A stretch of 24,000 nucleotides of DNA, from contig CP159308.1 of the NCBI GenBank assembly GCA_046736065.1, positions 3,209,173 through 3,233,172 of the forward strand, read 5' to 3'. This document shows, piece after piece, positions 1-8,312 of the stretch. Made by a program: the position numbers and the translations under genes. The notes under the pieces are model-generated. The model saw nothing but the letters and a program-made list of their open reading frames with translations. It made no database searches and was not told the origin of the DNA. How positions within the stretch are numbered: the first letter of the stretch is position 1; each line of letters starts with the position of its first letter. Source of the stretch: Achromobacter sp. M1 (GTDB taxonomy: Bacteria > Pseudomonadota > Gammaproteobacteria > Burkholderiales > Burkholderiaceae_B).

Positions 1-2
1 CC

Positions 3-419
3 TTGTGGCTGGTTCCCGCCATGCTGCCCGTCGTGCTGTGGGGCCCCAAGGTCTGGACCGGCCTCTTGTGCGCCGCCTTCCTGATCCTGGCGGCCTGGCG
101 CCTGCGGCGCCGGCCCGGGCTGATCGCGGGCTGGGACACCACCTGGCGGCGCTACTACCTGAAGCACTTCGGCCTGGTGTTCCATCTGGTCGCGCTGAGC
201 TTCGCGGCCGTGCACCTGACCAACTTCGTCTACGCCAAGACGCCGTACTGGCTGCTGCCCCTGCTGGTGCTGCCGCAATGGCTGACCGGCCTGGTGCTGG
301 GCTGGATGCGCGTGCGCCGCGGCATCGGCGCGGCCATCCTGCTGCACTCGGTCTTCAATGCCGGCCCCATTTTGATGATCTGGCTCATCATGCGCTGGCT
401 CCCGGCGGCGGCAAGCTGA
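3..419 (+). CDS. CPBP-family (CAAX/Abi-type) intramembrane protease, C-terminal part; 5' end outside window
   Basis: The ORF is open from the window edge to the stop at 417-419. The sequence is very hydrophobic and multi-TM. It carries the two C-terminal CPBP motifs F-x3-H (FAAVH) and H-x3-N (HSVFN). Confidence 0.55.
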   Translation: MWLVPAMLPVVLWGPKVWTGLLCAAFLILAAWRLRRRPGLIAGWDTTWRRYYLKHFGLVFHLVALSFAAVHLTNFVYAKTPYWLLPLLVLPQWLTGLVLGWMRVRRGIGAAILLHSVFNAGPILMIWLIMRWLPAAAS

Positions 420-470
420 CGGGGTAAACTAGAACGTTAACGATCAATACCGTACTCACACAGGATTCCC

Positions 471-1562
471 ATGGCTCTGCAATGCGGCATCGTCGGCCTG
501 CCCAACGTCGGCAAATCGACACTCTTCAACGCTCTGACCCGCGCCGGCATCGCCGCCGAGAACTACCCGTTCTGCACCATCGAGCCCAACGTCGGCGTGG
601 TGGAAGTGCCGGATCCGCGCCTGCAGAAGCTGGCTGAAATCGTCAAGCCCGAGCGCATCCTGTCGGCCACCGTCGAATTCGTCGACATCGCCGGCCTGGT
701 CGCCGGCGCCAGCAAGGGTGAAGGCCTGGGCAACCAGTTCCTCTCGCACATCCGCGAAACCGACGCCATCGTCAACGTCGTGCGCTGTTTCGAAGATCCC
801 AACGTGATCCACGTCGCCGGCAAGGTCGACCCCATCGCCGACATCGAAGTCATCGAAACCGAACTGGCCCTGGCCGACCTGCAGACCGCCGAAAAGGCCC
901 TGCAGCGCCACCAGAAGACCGCCCGCTCCGGCGACAAGGAATCGCAGCGCATCGTCGCCGTGCTGGAAAAGTGCGTGGCCCAGCTGAACGAAGCCAAGCC
1001 CATCCGCGCGCTCGACCTGTCCACCGAAGAAAAGGCCGACATCGCCCAGCTCTGCTTCATCACCGCCAAGCGCGCCATGTACGTGGGCAACGTCGCCGAC
1101 GACGGCTTCGAGAACAACCCGCTGCTCGACCGCCTGACCGAATTCGCCGCCGCGCGCAACGCGCCCGTGGTCGCCATCTGCGCCGCCATCGAGTCCGAAA
1201 TCGTCGACCTCGACGACGCCGACCGCCAGGCCTTCCTGTCCGACATGGGCATGGAAGAACCGGGCCTGAACCGCCTCATCCGCGCCGCCTTCAAGCTGCT
1301 GGGCCTGCAAACCTACTTCACCGCCGGCGTGAAGGAAGTGCGCGCCTGGACCGTGCCGATCGGCGCCACCGCGCCCCAGGCCGCCGGCGTCATCCACACG
1401 GACTTCGAACGCGGCTTCATCCGCGCCCAGACGATTTCGTATGAAGACTACATCGCCTACAAGGGCGAGCAGGGCGCCAAGGAAGCGGGCAAGATGCGCG
1501 CGGAAGGCAAGGAATACATCGTCCAGGATGGGGATGTGATGAATTTCTTGTTTAACGTCTGA
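471..1562 (+). CDS. ychF: Ribosome-associated ATPase YchF (Obg-like P-loop NTPase)
   Basis: 363-aa ORF with ATG at 471. The N-terminus [23 protein letters not shown] contains the G1 P-loop. The sequence is full-length YchF-like and ends ...[11 protein letters not shown]. Confidence 0.95.
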   Translation: MALQCGIVGLPNVGKSTLFNALTRAGIAAENYPFCTIEPNVGVVEVPDPRLQKLAEIVKPERILSATVEFVDIAGLVAGASKGEGLGNQFLSHIRETDAIVNVVRCFEDPNVIHVAGKVDPIADIEVIETELALADLQTAEKALQRHQKTARSGDKESQRIVAVLEKCVAQLNEAKPIRALDLSTEEKADIAQLCFITAKRAMYVGNVADDGFENNPLLDRLTEFAAARNAPVVAICAAIESEIVDLDDADRQAFLSDMGMEEPGLNRLIRAAFKLLGLQTYFTAGVKEVRAWTVPIGATAPQAAGVIHTDFERGFIRAQTISYEDYIAYKGEQGAKEAGKMRAEGKEYIVQDGDVMNFLFNV

Positions 1563-1563
1563 C
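1554..1563. repeat. Putative attL core: AACGTCTGAC (last two ychF codons + stop + 1 nt), repeated at 16099-16108
   Basis: An exact 10-mer occurs at both edges of the block of island-type genes. The integrase gene lies just inside this copy and reads inward. Confidence 0.5.
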
Positions 1564-1692
1564 GATTTTGGCTGGATCTCGGTGGCGCTCAGTAGCGCTT
1601 GGTGGATTGGTTGACCCGTTTGAAATCAATGGGTTGCGTAAACAATACGGTCTGCTGAGCGTTCCTATTGTTCATCGAGGTCTGAAAAATTC

Positions 1693-1734
1693 GGGGGTAG
1701 CGTTGGGGGTACTCATGTTCAACCGTGGGGGTAC
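1693..1734 (+). promoter_or_regulatory. Three direct GGGGGTA(C/G) boxes (1693-1700, 1705-1712, 1727-1734) at the island left end, over the int start region; candidate recombinase arm-type/regulator sites
   Basis: The same box recurs as a pair in the same orientation at the right end of the island (15985-15992, 15997-16003). The 12-bp centre-to-centre spacing matches that of the first two boxes here. Confidence 0.4.
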
Positions 1735-2610
1735 ATCTCCCCGCAGTGGAGTCCAACGGTGCCGAGAATCTACTCACCGACCTCAAGGTCAGGTCGGCCA
1801 AATCGACTGATCGAGACTGGAAACTTTCAGACGGCGGGGGCTTGTTCCTGCTGGTCAAGCCTACCGGCGGCAAGCTCTGGCGGTGGAAGTACCGCCTGCA
1901 AGGCAAGGAGAACCTCTTTGCCATTGGCGGTTTTCCTCAAGTAAGCCTCGCAGAGGCGCGCGCGGCCCGAGAGAAAGCGCGTGCCTTGGTCAAGCAAGGC
2001 ATCCATCCTGCCCATGAGCGGCAACAGATCAAGCAGCGTAACCTTGAAGTGCTGGAGGAACGCAAGCGCGCAAAGGAAAGCTCGTTCGCCAAGGTGGCAC
2101 AGGCGTACTTGGCCGAGATCAAGCCTGTCTTTGCGCTCAGCTCCTACCGGACGAAAGAATCCCGTATCAGGAAGTACCTGTCGCCCAAGTTCGATGGGTT
2201 GCCGATGAGCGACATTGGCGTCAAGCAGATTCGTCCATTGCTGGAGGAGTGCAAGGCCCACGGCGCGTGGGCGGCCATCCATGTCAAAGGCGATCTTTCA
2301 GCCATCTTCGAATTCGCGGTGGTGCGTGGGCTGGTCGAGGCAAATCCAATCCCCAGCCTGCGCGGGCTGCTGCGCGTGCCGTTCAGCGAGAGCAAGGCGG
2401 CGATGACGCGAGAGCAAATCCAGAAGTTCTATCAGGAGTTGCGCGGCTACCGGGGCTATCCGGAAACCTCGCTGTGTCTGCGGCTGATTGCGCTGACCGC
2501 CTGCCGTCCAGGGGAAGCGGCGGATGCCGAGTGGGCCGAGTTCGACTTTGAGGATGCCCTGTGGCGTCGGCCTGCGGCGAAGATGAAAGCGCGGCGCGAC
2601 CATGTCAGCC
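1725..2610 (+). pseudogene. int: P4-type (DUF4102-type N-terminus) tyrosine integrase, N-terminal ~290 codons, interrupted by IS66-family insertion
   Basis: The start is GTG at 1725 or 1746. LTDLKVRSAK..GGLFLLVKPTGGKLWRWKYR..SLAEARAAREKARALVKQGIHP is the canonical P4-like integrase N-terminal domain. The catalytic-domain Arg region is LTACRPGEA. The frame continues as ...RRDHVS|PLSSQAIAVLKDL... when 2611-5031 is removed. Confidence 0.9.
2603..2610. repeat. Target-site duplication TGTCAGCC (left copy) of the IS66-family element
   Basis: An identical 8-mer directly abuts both IS termini (2603-2610 and 5024-5031). An 8-bp TSD is typical of the IS66 family. Confidence 0.9.
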
Positions 2611-2646
2611 GTAAGCGCCTGCTGAACACACCCTTGACGGTTCTGC

Positions 2647-4217
2647 TTATGCAGCAGGTTGCCACCGATGCGGCAGCAGCTCAGCGATCTGGCTGTTTTT
2701 CTGCGTGGGCAGGCGCGTGAGCACGTCCTTCAGATAGGCGTACGGGTCGTGCCCATTGAGCCGCGCCGACTGGATCAGGCTCATAATGGCGGCCGCACGC
2801 TGCCCGCCGCGCAGCGAGCCTGCGAACAACCAGTTCGAGCGCCCGATCGCCCAGGGCCGGATCTGGTTCTCCACCCAGTTGTTGTCGATCGGTGCATCGC
2901 CATCATCAAGATAGCGCGTGAGCGCCTCCCAGCGCTTGAGGCTGTAGTCGATGGCGCGTGCGGTACCCGAGCCATCGGGCACGCGCTGGCGCTGCGCGAT
3001 CAGCCATCGATGCAAGGTCTCGGCGATCGGCCTGGCGCGATCCTGACGTATCCGCCTGCGCTCGTCGGCAGGCAGGTCGGCTACGTCCCGCTCTACGCCG
3101 TAGAGCGCGCCGAACAGATCCAGTGCCTCTCCGGCGATCTGGCTCTGGTGGCTCGCATGCAGGTCATGGAACTTGCGCCTGGCGTGCGCCATGCAGCCAA
3201 GTTCCTTGATGCCGGCAGCGAAGCCGGCCTTGTAGCCCACATAATCGTCGGTCACCAGTTTGCCGCGCCAATCTTGCAGGAACGTGCGGCAGTGCTCACC
3301 GGCCCGGCTTGGCGCGAAGTCGTAGAGCACTGCACGCAGGCTGTCGAACGAGGTCGGTGTGTATGCCCACAAGTAGGCCCGGTGCGTCTTGCCCGCGCCC
3401 GGATTGAGCATCTGCACTGGCGTCTCGTCGGCATGCAGCACGGGTTTGCCCAGCACCTCGGCCTTGAGCGCATCGACCAGCGGCTGCAACCGCAGCCCGC
3501 ATACGCCGACCCACTCGCCCAGCGTCGAGCGCGGCAGCGCCAGACCGGCGCGCGCAAAGATGCCTTCCTGGCGGTATAGCGGCAGGTGGTCGGCGAACTT
3601 GGCCACCAGCACCTGCGCCAGAAGTCCCGCCGTCGGGATGCCCTTGTCGATGACCTGCGCGGGGACCGGCGCCTGCGTGAGCGTCTCGCAGTGCTCGCAC
3701 ACCCATTTGCCGCGGATGTGACGTTCGACCGTAAAGACGCCGGCAGGTAATCCAGCTTCTCGCTGACGTCCTCGCCGATGCGCTTCAAGCCGCAGCCGCA
3801 GCGGCACGTCGTGGACGCCGGTTCGTGATGGATGTCGGTGCGCGGCAGTTCGGGCGGCAACCGCATGCGGCGCGGCGCTTGCGGCGGCGCAGGCTTGGCG
3901 GATATCGCCTCGCGCAGCGCGTTGACTTCCTCTTCGATAGCCGCCATGTCGGCATCCATCGTTTCTTCCAGAAGGCTTGCCTGCGCAGGGTTCAGTTGCT
4001 CGCTGCGCTTGCCGTAACGCCAGCGCTTGTACAGCGCCAGCTCCTGCATGAGCTGGTCGATGTGCGTCTGTTTGAAGTGCAGTACGCGATCCCGCTCGGC
4101 AACCACCGCATCGTGCGCCGCTATCTGGGCGTCACGCGCGGCCACCTCGCCCATCAGGCGTTCGGCCAACGCGCGCAGTTGCTGTGCGTCGAGGTGATCC
4201 AGGGATGCGGTACTCAT
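2647..4217 (-). pseudogene. tnpC: IS66-family transposase TnpC (Orf3), one frame break as sequenced near 3738-3746
   Basis: ATG at 4217 (MSTASLDHLDAQQLRALAERL...). The N-terminal leucine-zipper/zinc-finger part (..CRCGCGLKRIGEDVSEKLDYLP) is in one frame. The remainder (VFTVERHIRGKWVCEHCE...DETPVQML...DDYVGY...CMAHARRKF...NWVENQIRP..GRSNWLFAGS) is in the -1-deletion frame. Confidence 0.88.
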
Positions 4218-4279
4218 GGCCCACAGTATGCCGCAGGGTTCGCAGCGGCGATATTGGCGTCTTGCCGGATTGTCCGGCG

Positions 4280-4615
4280 CTACAACACCGAGATCGCGCC
4301 TGCCGCGCCCACATGCTGCCAAGGCAGGCCCAGCACCAGCGCCTGCCACTGCTCACTGTCGACCGCGACGTGTGGGCCGCGCAGCGCATCGGCCCACACG
4401 AACTTGCCGCGGTTCAGCCGGCGCGCGGCCAGCCACACGCCGATCCCGTCATGTACCAGCACCTTCATGCGGTTGGCGCGCCGGTTTGCGAAGCAATAGG
4501 CGTGGTGCGGACGGGCCGAACCGAACACGGCCACCACCCGGGCCAGTGCCGTCTCGGTGCCGGCGCGCATGTCCAGCGGCTCGGTGGCCAGCCAGATCGC
4601 ATCGACACGGATCAC
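4280..4615 (-). CDS. tnpB: IS66-family accessory protein TnpB (Orf2)
   Basis: VIRVDAIWLATEPLDMRAGTETALARVV...KVLVHDGIGVWLAARRLNRGKFVW is the typical IS66 Orf2 sequence. The GTG start at 4615 overlaps the tnpA stop (GTGA). Confidence 0.88.
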   Translation of the reverse strand: MIRVDAIWLATEPLDMRAGTETALARVVAVFGSARPHHAYCFANRRANRMKVLVHDGIGVWLAARRLNRGKFVWADALRGPHVAVDSEQWQALVLGLPWQHVGAAGAISVL

Positions 4616-4959
4616 CGCAGCCACTCGCGTAGCCACGCCACACATGCGCCCGCTTCACTCACGGGCCATTGCACCGTCGCTTGCGCGGGACCGCGCGACA
4701 AGTGAATCTCGATGTGACGGCCTGACGAGGGCACCGCAGGCAACGCGACCGGCACGAACGTCGGCGCTACAGGGGCCTGCCGTTCGGCCTGGCGAATCCA
4801 CTTATGCACCAGGTTCGCGTTCACGCCGTGTGACAGCGCCACGCCGGCAATGGAGGTTTCTGGCTGGCTGCACTGGGCCACGATCTGGGCCTTCAGCGCC
4901 TTCGGATAAGACCGACGCTTAGGAACCGGCGCTAATTCTGTCTTCGACATGGTGTCCAC
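4612..4959 (-). CDS. tnpA: IS66-family protein TnpA (Orf1, HTH)
   Basis: 115-aa ORF. ...RRSYPKALKAQIVAQCSQPETSIAGVALSHGVNANLVHKWIRQ is the typical IS66 Orf1 HTH region. Confidence 0.85.
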   Translation of the reverse strand: MDTMSKTELAPVPKRRSYPKALKAQIVAQCSQPETSIAGVALSHGVNANLVHKWIRQAERQAPVAPTFVPVALPAVPSSGRHIEIHLSRGPAQATVQWPVSEAGACVAWLREWLR

Positions 4960-5023
4960 CTAAAAGTGGTGGACACTATCGAGGACAACGCACGCGCTCA
5001 ATATGTGTTCGCCGGGCGCTTAC

Positions 5024-5389
5024 TGTCAGCCCGCTATCCTCGCAGGCCATAGCGGTGCTGAAAGATTTGCAGCACATCACGAGTGGCGGACGCTATCTGT
5101 TCCCGCACAGGAGCGGAAAAGGCTTCACCACATCCAACCGGCTGACCTACGCCATGCGCGACATGAACCTGGGCCGGGGTACGACGCCGCATTGCTGGCG
5201 GACGACCTTTTCAACCTGGGCCGATGAGAACGGATACCGGCCTGATGCAATCGAGCGGCAGCTTGCCCCGTGGAAAGCAATAAGGTGCGGGCGACGTACA
5301 ACAAGGCGCTGCTGCTGGATCAGAGAAGGACGCTGTTGCAGGACTGGGCGGACTATCTGAGTGCTGCGGAAGACAGCGGCACAGCATAG
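5024..5389 (+). pseudogene. int: C-terminal part of the same P4-type integrase (starts with the right TSD copy); additional 1-nt frame break near 5266-5270
   Basis: VSPLSSQAIAVLKDLQHITSGGRYLFP...TPHCWRTTFSTWADENGYRPDAIERQLA contains the H-x2-R box. After restoring one base the sequence continues HVESNKVRATYNKALLLDQRRTLLQDWADYLSAAEDSGTA*, with the catalytic Tyr in RATYN, and ends at TAG 5387-5389. Confidence 0.88.
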
Positions 5390-5518
5390 GGACAACTTCG
5401 CCGAGTGTTGCAGAACGAATGGACGGGTACGGCCTTTTCCGGGTAGGGCCATTGTTCCTTGAGTGCCGTTCCCTTGCCATTTTTTCAAGGGCTGGACGCT
5501 AAAAATAGGGTAATCAAG

Positions 5519-5559
5519 CAATAAATGGGGTAATTGTTAATGAATCACCCCATTTATTG
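5519..5559 (-). terminator. Hairpin just 3' of hsdM (12-bp perfect stem CAATAAATGGGG/CCCCATTTATTG, 17-nt loop)
   Basis: A perfect inverted repeat lies 6 nt beyond the hsdM stop, in an AT-rich context. The loop is long and the T-tract is weak, so terminator function is uncertain. Confidence 0.35.
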
Positions 5560-5565
5560 AATCGC

Positions 5566-7200
5566 TCAGGGAAGCAAAGGCAATCCTAGTTCAGCCAGAT
5601 ACTGGTTGTGACGTTTCTTGGCCTCGGCGACCTTCTGCTCGGCGGACACTAGGTCGGCGTGTACGGTCGCCAGGACGATCTCTTCCTCGGTTTCCGCCGT
5701 GCTCACGTAGCGTGAGATGTTGAGGTTGAAATCGTTCTTTTCGATTTCTTCCATGCTTACCCGGCGCGAATAGCGTGGTTCTCCCTTGCGAAACTGATAA
5801 GTGTCGATGATCTTTTCGATGTGCCCGATTTCACCATCAGGCATTTCGTCTGTTCTCAGTAGTCGGTTTTGCCGCTTGCCCTTCTCGAAGTGTTCGGAGG
5901 CGTTAATGAACAACACGTCGTCTGGCTTTTTACACTTCTTCAGCACCAGGAGGCACACTGGGATGCCGGTGGAGAAGAACAGGTTCGCGGGCAGGCCAAT
6001 CACCGTGTCGATATGCCCATCCTTGAGCAACTTGGTGCGGATGCGGGCCTCGGCCCCGCCCCGGAACAGTACGCCGTGGGGTAGGATGATGGCCATTACC
6101 CCGTCTTGCTTCAGGAAGTGGAAGCCGTGCAGCAGGAAGGCGAAGTCCGCTGCCGACTTCGGTGCCAGCCCATAATTCTTGAAGCGGGTGTCTTCGCCCA
6201 GTGCCTCGCTAGGCTCCCAGCGGTAGCTGAACGGCGGGTTGGCAACCACGGCGTCGAACCTAGGCATCTTGGCTGGGTTGGTCTCACGCAGCATGTCCCA
6301 CTCATTGAGAAGGGTGTCACCGTGGAAGATGTCAAACTCCGAGTCCTTCATCCCGTGCAGCAGCATATTCATGCGTGCCAGGTTGTAGGTAGTGATGTTC
6401 TTCTCTTGGCCGTGAATCTTGCCAATGCCATGCGGCCCCATACGGTGGCGCACGTTCAACAGCAAGGAACCTGAGCCACAGGCAAAGTCGAGCACGCTAT
6501 CGAGGTGCGAGCGCTTGCCTGTGGCAGGTTCCTGGCTGTCCAGTGTGACGATGGCCGACAGGACGTCTGAAATACGTTGTGGCGTGTAGAATTCGCCGGC
6601 CTTCTTGCCAGAGCCTGCTGCGAACTGGGCGATCAGGTATTCATAGGCATCACCCAGGGTATCACTGTCGGTGGAGAACTGCCCCAGCCCCTTGGCGATC
6701 TCGGCGATGATCTTGCACAGGCGAGCATTGCGCTCGGCGTAGGTCTTGCCCAGTTTGTCGGAGGCCAAGTTGATCTCCGAGAATAGCCCTCGGAAGGTGC
6801 TGGCGAAAGACTCCTCCTCAATGTATTTGAACCCCTTCTGCAAGGTATGCAGCAGCTCGTCATCCTGCGTGCGCGCCATCTCGGCGATGTTGCCCCACAG
6901 GTATTGGGGTTCGATCACATAATGCACCTTGCGGCGCATCTGCTTCTCGAATTCCTGCACATCGTCCAGGTTGCATTCGTACCAGAGCTGCAACGGTGTA
7001 GAGACTGAGCCATCAATCTGTTCTGGATAGTCTGACCCCAGCTCCTTCTGAGCGGCGGCCTCGTAGTTGTCCGACAGATAGCGCAGGAACAAAAAGGCCA
7101 GCATATAATCGCGGAAATCGTCCGCATTCATCGCACCGCGCAGTTGGTCGGCGATGACCCAGAGGGTCTTGCCCAGTTTTTGTTTTTCGAATTCGGTCAT
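5566..7200 (-). CDS. hsdM: Type I restriction-modification system, DNA methyltransferase subunit HsdM
   Basis: 544 aa. It has an HsdM N-terminal domain (LWVIADQLRGAMNADDFRDYMLAFLFLRYLSD), a SAM motif (DFACGSGSLLL) and the N6-adenine MTase motif IV (VVANPPFSYRW). Confidence 0.95.
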   Translation of the reverse strand: MTEFEKQKLGKTLWVIADQLRGAMNADDFRDYMLAFLFLRYLSDNYEAAAQKELGSDYPEQIDGSVSTPLQLWYECNLDDVQEFEKQMRRKVHYVIEPQYLWGNIAEMARTQDDELLHTLQKGFKYIEEESFASTFRGLFSEINLASDKLGKTYAERNARLCKIIAEIAKGLGQFSTDSDTLGDAYEYLIAQFAAGSGKKAGEFYTPQRISDVLSAIVTLDSQEPATGKRSHLDSVLDFACGSGSLLLNVRHRMGPHGIGKIHGQEKNITTYNLARMNMLLHGMKDSEFDIFHGDTLLNEWDMLRETNPAKMPRFDAVVANPPFSYRWEPSEALGEDTRFKNYGLAPKSAADFAFLLHGFHFLKQDGVMAIILPHGVLFRGGAEARIRTKLLKDGHIDTVIGLPANLFFSTGIPVCLLVLKKCKKPDDVLFINASEHFEKGKRQNRLLRTDEMPDGEIGHIEKIIDTYQFRKGEPRYSRRVSMEEIEKNDFNLNISRYVSTAETEEEIVLATVHADLVSAEQKVAEAKKRHNQYLAELGLPLLP

Positions 7201-8312
7201 GGTGTACCTGCTGTTGCAGCCTCAGCGATCTGAGGGAATAAATCGGGATTGAAGGGGTAGCGGTTCAGGAAGTCATTCAGAATCTTCCTGAAGTAGGCCT
7301 TGTTTTCATCGAGCATCTGCTGCGGCTCATACAGCGAGTAATTGCCGTGGCTGAGGATATTAATCAGGCGTGCGTGCAGAATTCCGTCTGGATCGTCATC
7401 GTCATGCTTGATGCAGGCTGAGAAATTCCTGTGCCCATGGAAACTTGCCGTTTTCTCCAGGATCGTGCGCAGCATGTTGAAGTGATGGGTGAACAAGCGA
7501 TCTTCCTGAGCGGCTTGATACAGCTCGGCTAAGGCGGCAACATGATGAAAGAAGGGCGTGTCTCCCTCTTCAGGCCGTAGCAGATAGCCGCCGCTGGCCG
7601 GGTACTTGTTGACGACGTACCGTCGGGCTTTGCCCAGCTCATTGCATAACACATTGAAGAACAAGGTGTGGTGCGTGGAGATCACCGCTTTGAGTTTGTT
7701 GTCCTGCCTTTTGAGCATTTGCGCCAGGTGATTGGCAACGGCAATGGCATTGTGCTCATCCAGCGAAGAGATTGGGTCGTCGATATAGAGGTACTTCACC
7801 CACTGGTAAGCCTCGATCTCGGGGTCCATTGCCAGTTCGACCACCACCAAGAAGAAACACCAGATAAAGATGTTCTCCTCGCCGCGCGACACCTTGATGT
7901 TGTCGATATTCTGTCCGTCCACCAAGCGCGAAAAGCGCACGGCCCATTCGTTTCCCTGAGTGTCAATGCGGAAATCGAAATCCGCGTAACGCCGCAGCAG
8001 CGGGCGGACGCGGTTGTCCATCTCCAATTCAAACAGGCCCTGGAAAAAACGGGAGTCCTTATTGAGCAGTAAGCGGCGATCCGCATCGCCTTCCAGATCG
8101 TTGTTCCAGTGAAACAGATCTTCGGTGAAGGCGTTGAAATACAGCGTATCGCGGGTCTCGTTCTGTTTGCCCATGTCCTTGAAAGCCATGGACAGCCGTG
8201 TCTTGCCAGTGCCGTTGTACGCATAGAGCAGGACGGTTTTCTTGTTTTCCAGCTCGCCGCGCAGATGAGCCGCCAGCTCCGGCAGTTCGGCAAAGGGCTG
8301 GCCTGGTCTCAT
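7197..8312 (-). CDS. PrrC-like protein: ABC/AAA_13-type NTPase N-domain plus C-terminal putative anticodon-nuclease domain
   Basis: 371 aa. NTPase motifs are Walker A AYNGTGKT, LYFNAFTEDLF, the signature-like VSRGEE, Walker B/D-loop YLYIDDPISSLD and the switch STHH. The C-terminus has FNMLRTILEKTASF (R-x3-E) and LINILSHGNY (S-H). ATGA overlaps link it to hsdS upstream and hsdM downstream. Confidence 0.6.
   Translation of the reverse strand: MRPGQPFAELPELAAHLRGELENKKTVLLYAYNGTGKTRLSMAFKDMGKQNETRDTLYFNAFTEDLFHWNNDLEGDADRRLLLNKDSRFFQGLFELEMDNRVRPLLRRYADFDFRIDTQGNEWAVRFSRLVDGQNIDNIKVSRGEENIFIWCFFLVVVELAMDPEIEAYQWVKYLYIDDPISSLDEHNAIAVANHLAQMLKRQDNKLKAVISTHHTLFFNVLCNELGKARRYVVNKYPASGGYLLRPEEGDTPFFHHVAALAELYQAAQEDRLFTHHFNMLRTILEKTASFHGHRNFSACIKHDDDDPDGILHARLINILSHGNYSLYEPQQMLDENKAYFRKILNDFLNRYPFNPDLFPQIAEAATAGTP

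Larger units (their letters stand above)
2611..5023 (-). mobile_element. IS66-family insertion sequence (2413 bp) with tnpA-tnpB-tnpC
   Basis: The terminal inverted repeats begin with the family-typical GTAAGCG. They are 2611-2630 (GTAAGCGCCTGCTGAACACA) and the reverse complement of 5004-5023 (GTAAGCGCCCGGCGAACACA), matching at 17/20. Three IS66-type ORFs lie on the minus strand. An 8-bp TSD flanks the element. Confidence 0.93.

Noticed and set aside
456-1397. Long antisense and alternative-frame ORFs overlapping ychF (313 aa, 243 aa and 157 aa)
   Set aside because: They have Gly/Ala/Arg/Asp-rich low-complexity translations typical of spurious ORFs in high-GC DNA. The locus is fully explained by an unambiguous ychF.
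1563-1724. Expected a tRNA/tmRNA gene between ychF and the P4-type integrase, the usual integration target
   Set aside because: No T-arm-like GTTCRANYC element, acceptor-stem pairing or CCA-proximal structure could be found on either strand. The direct repeat instead maps to the ychF stop region.
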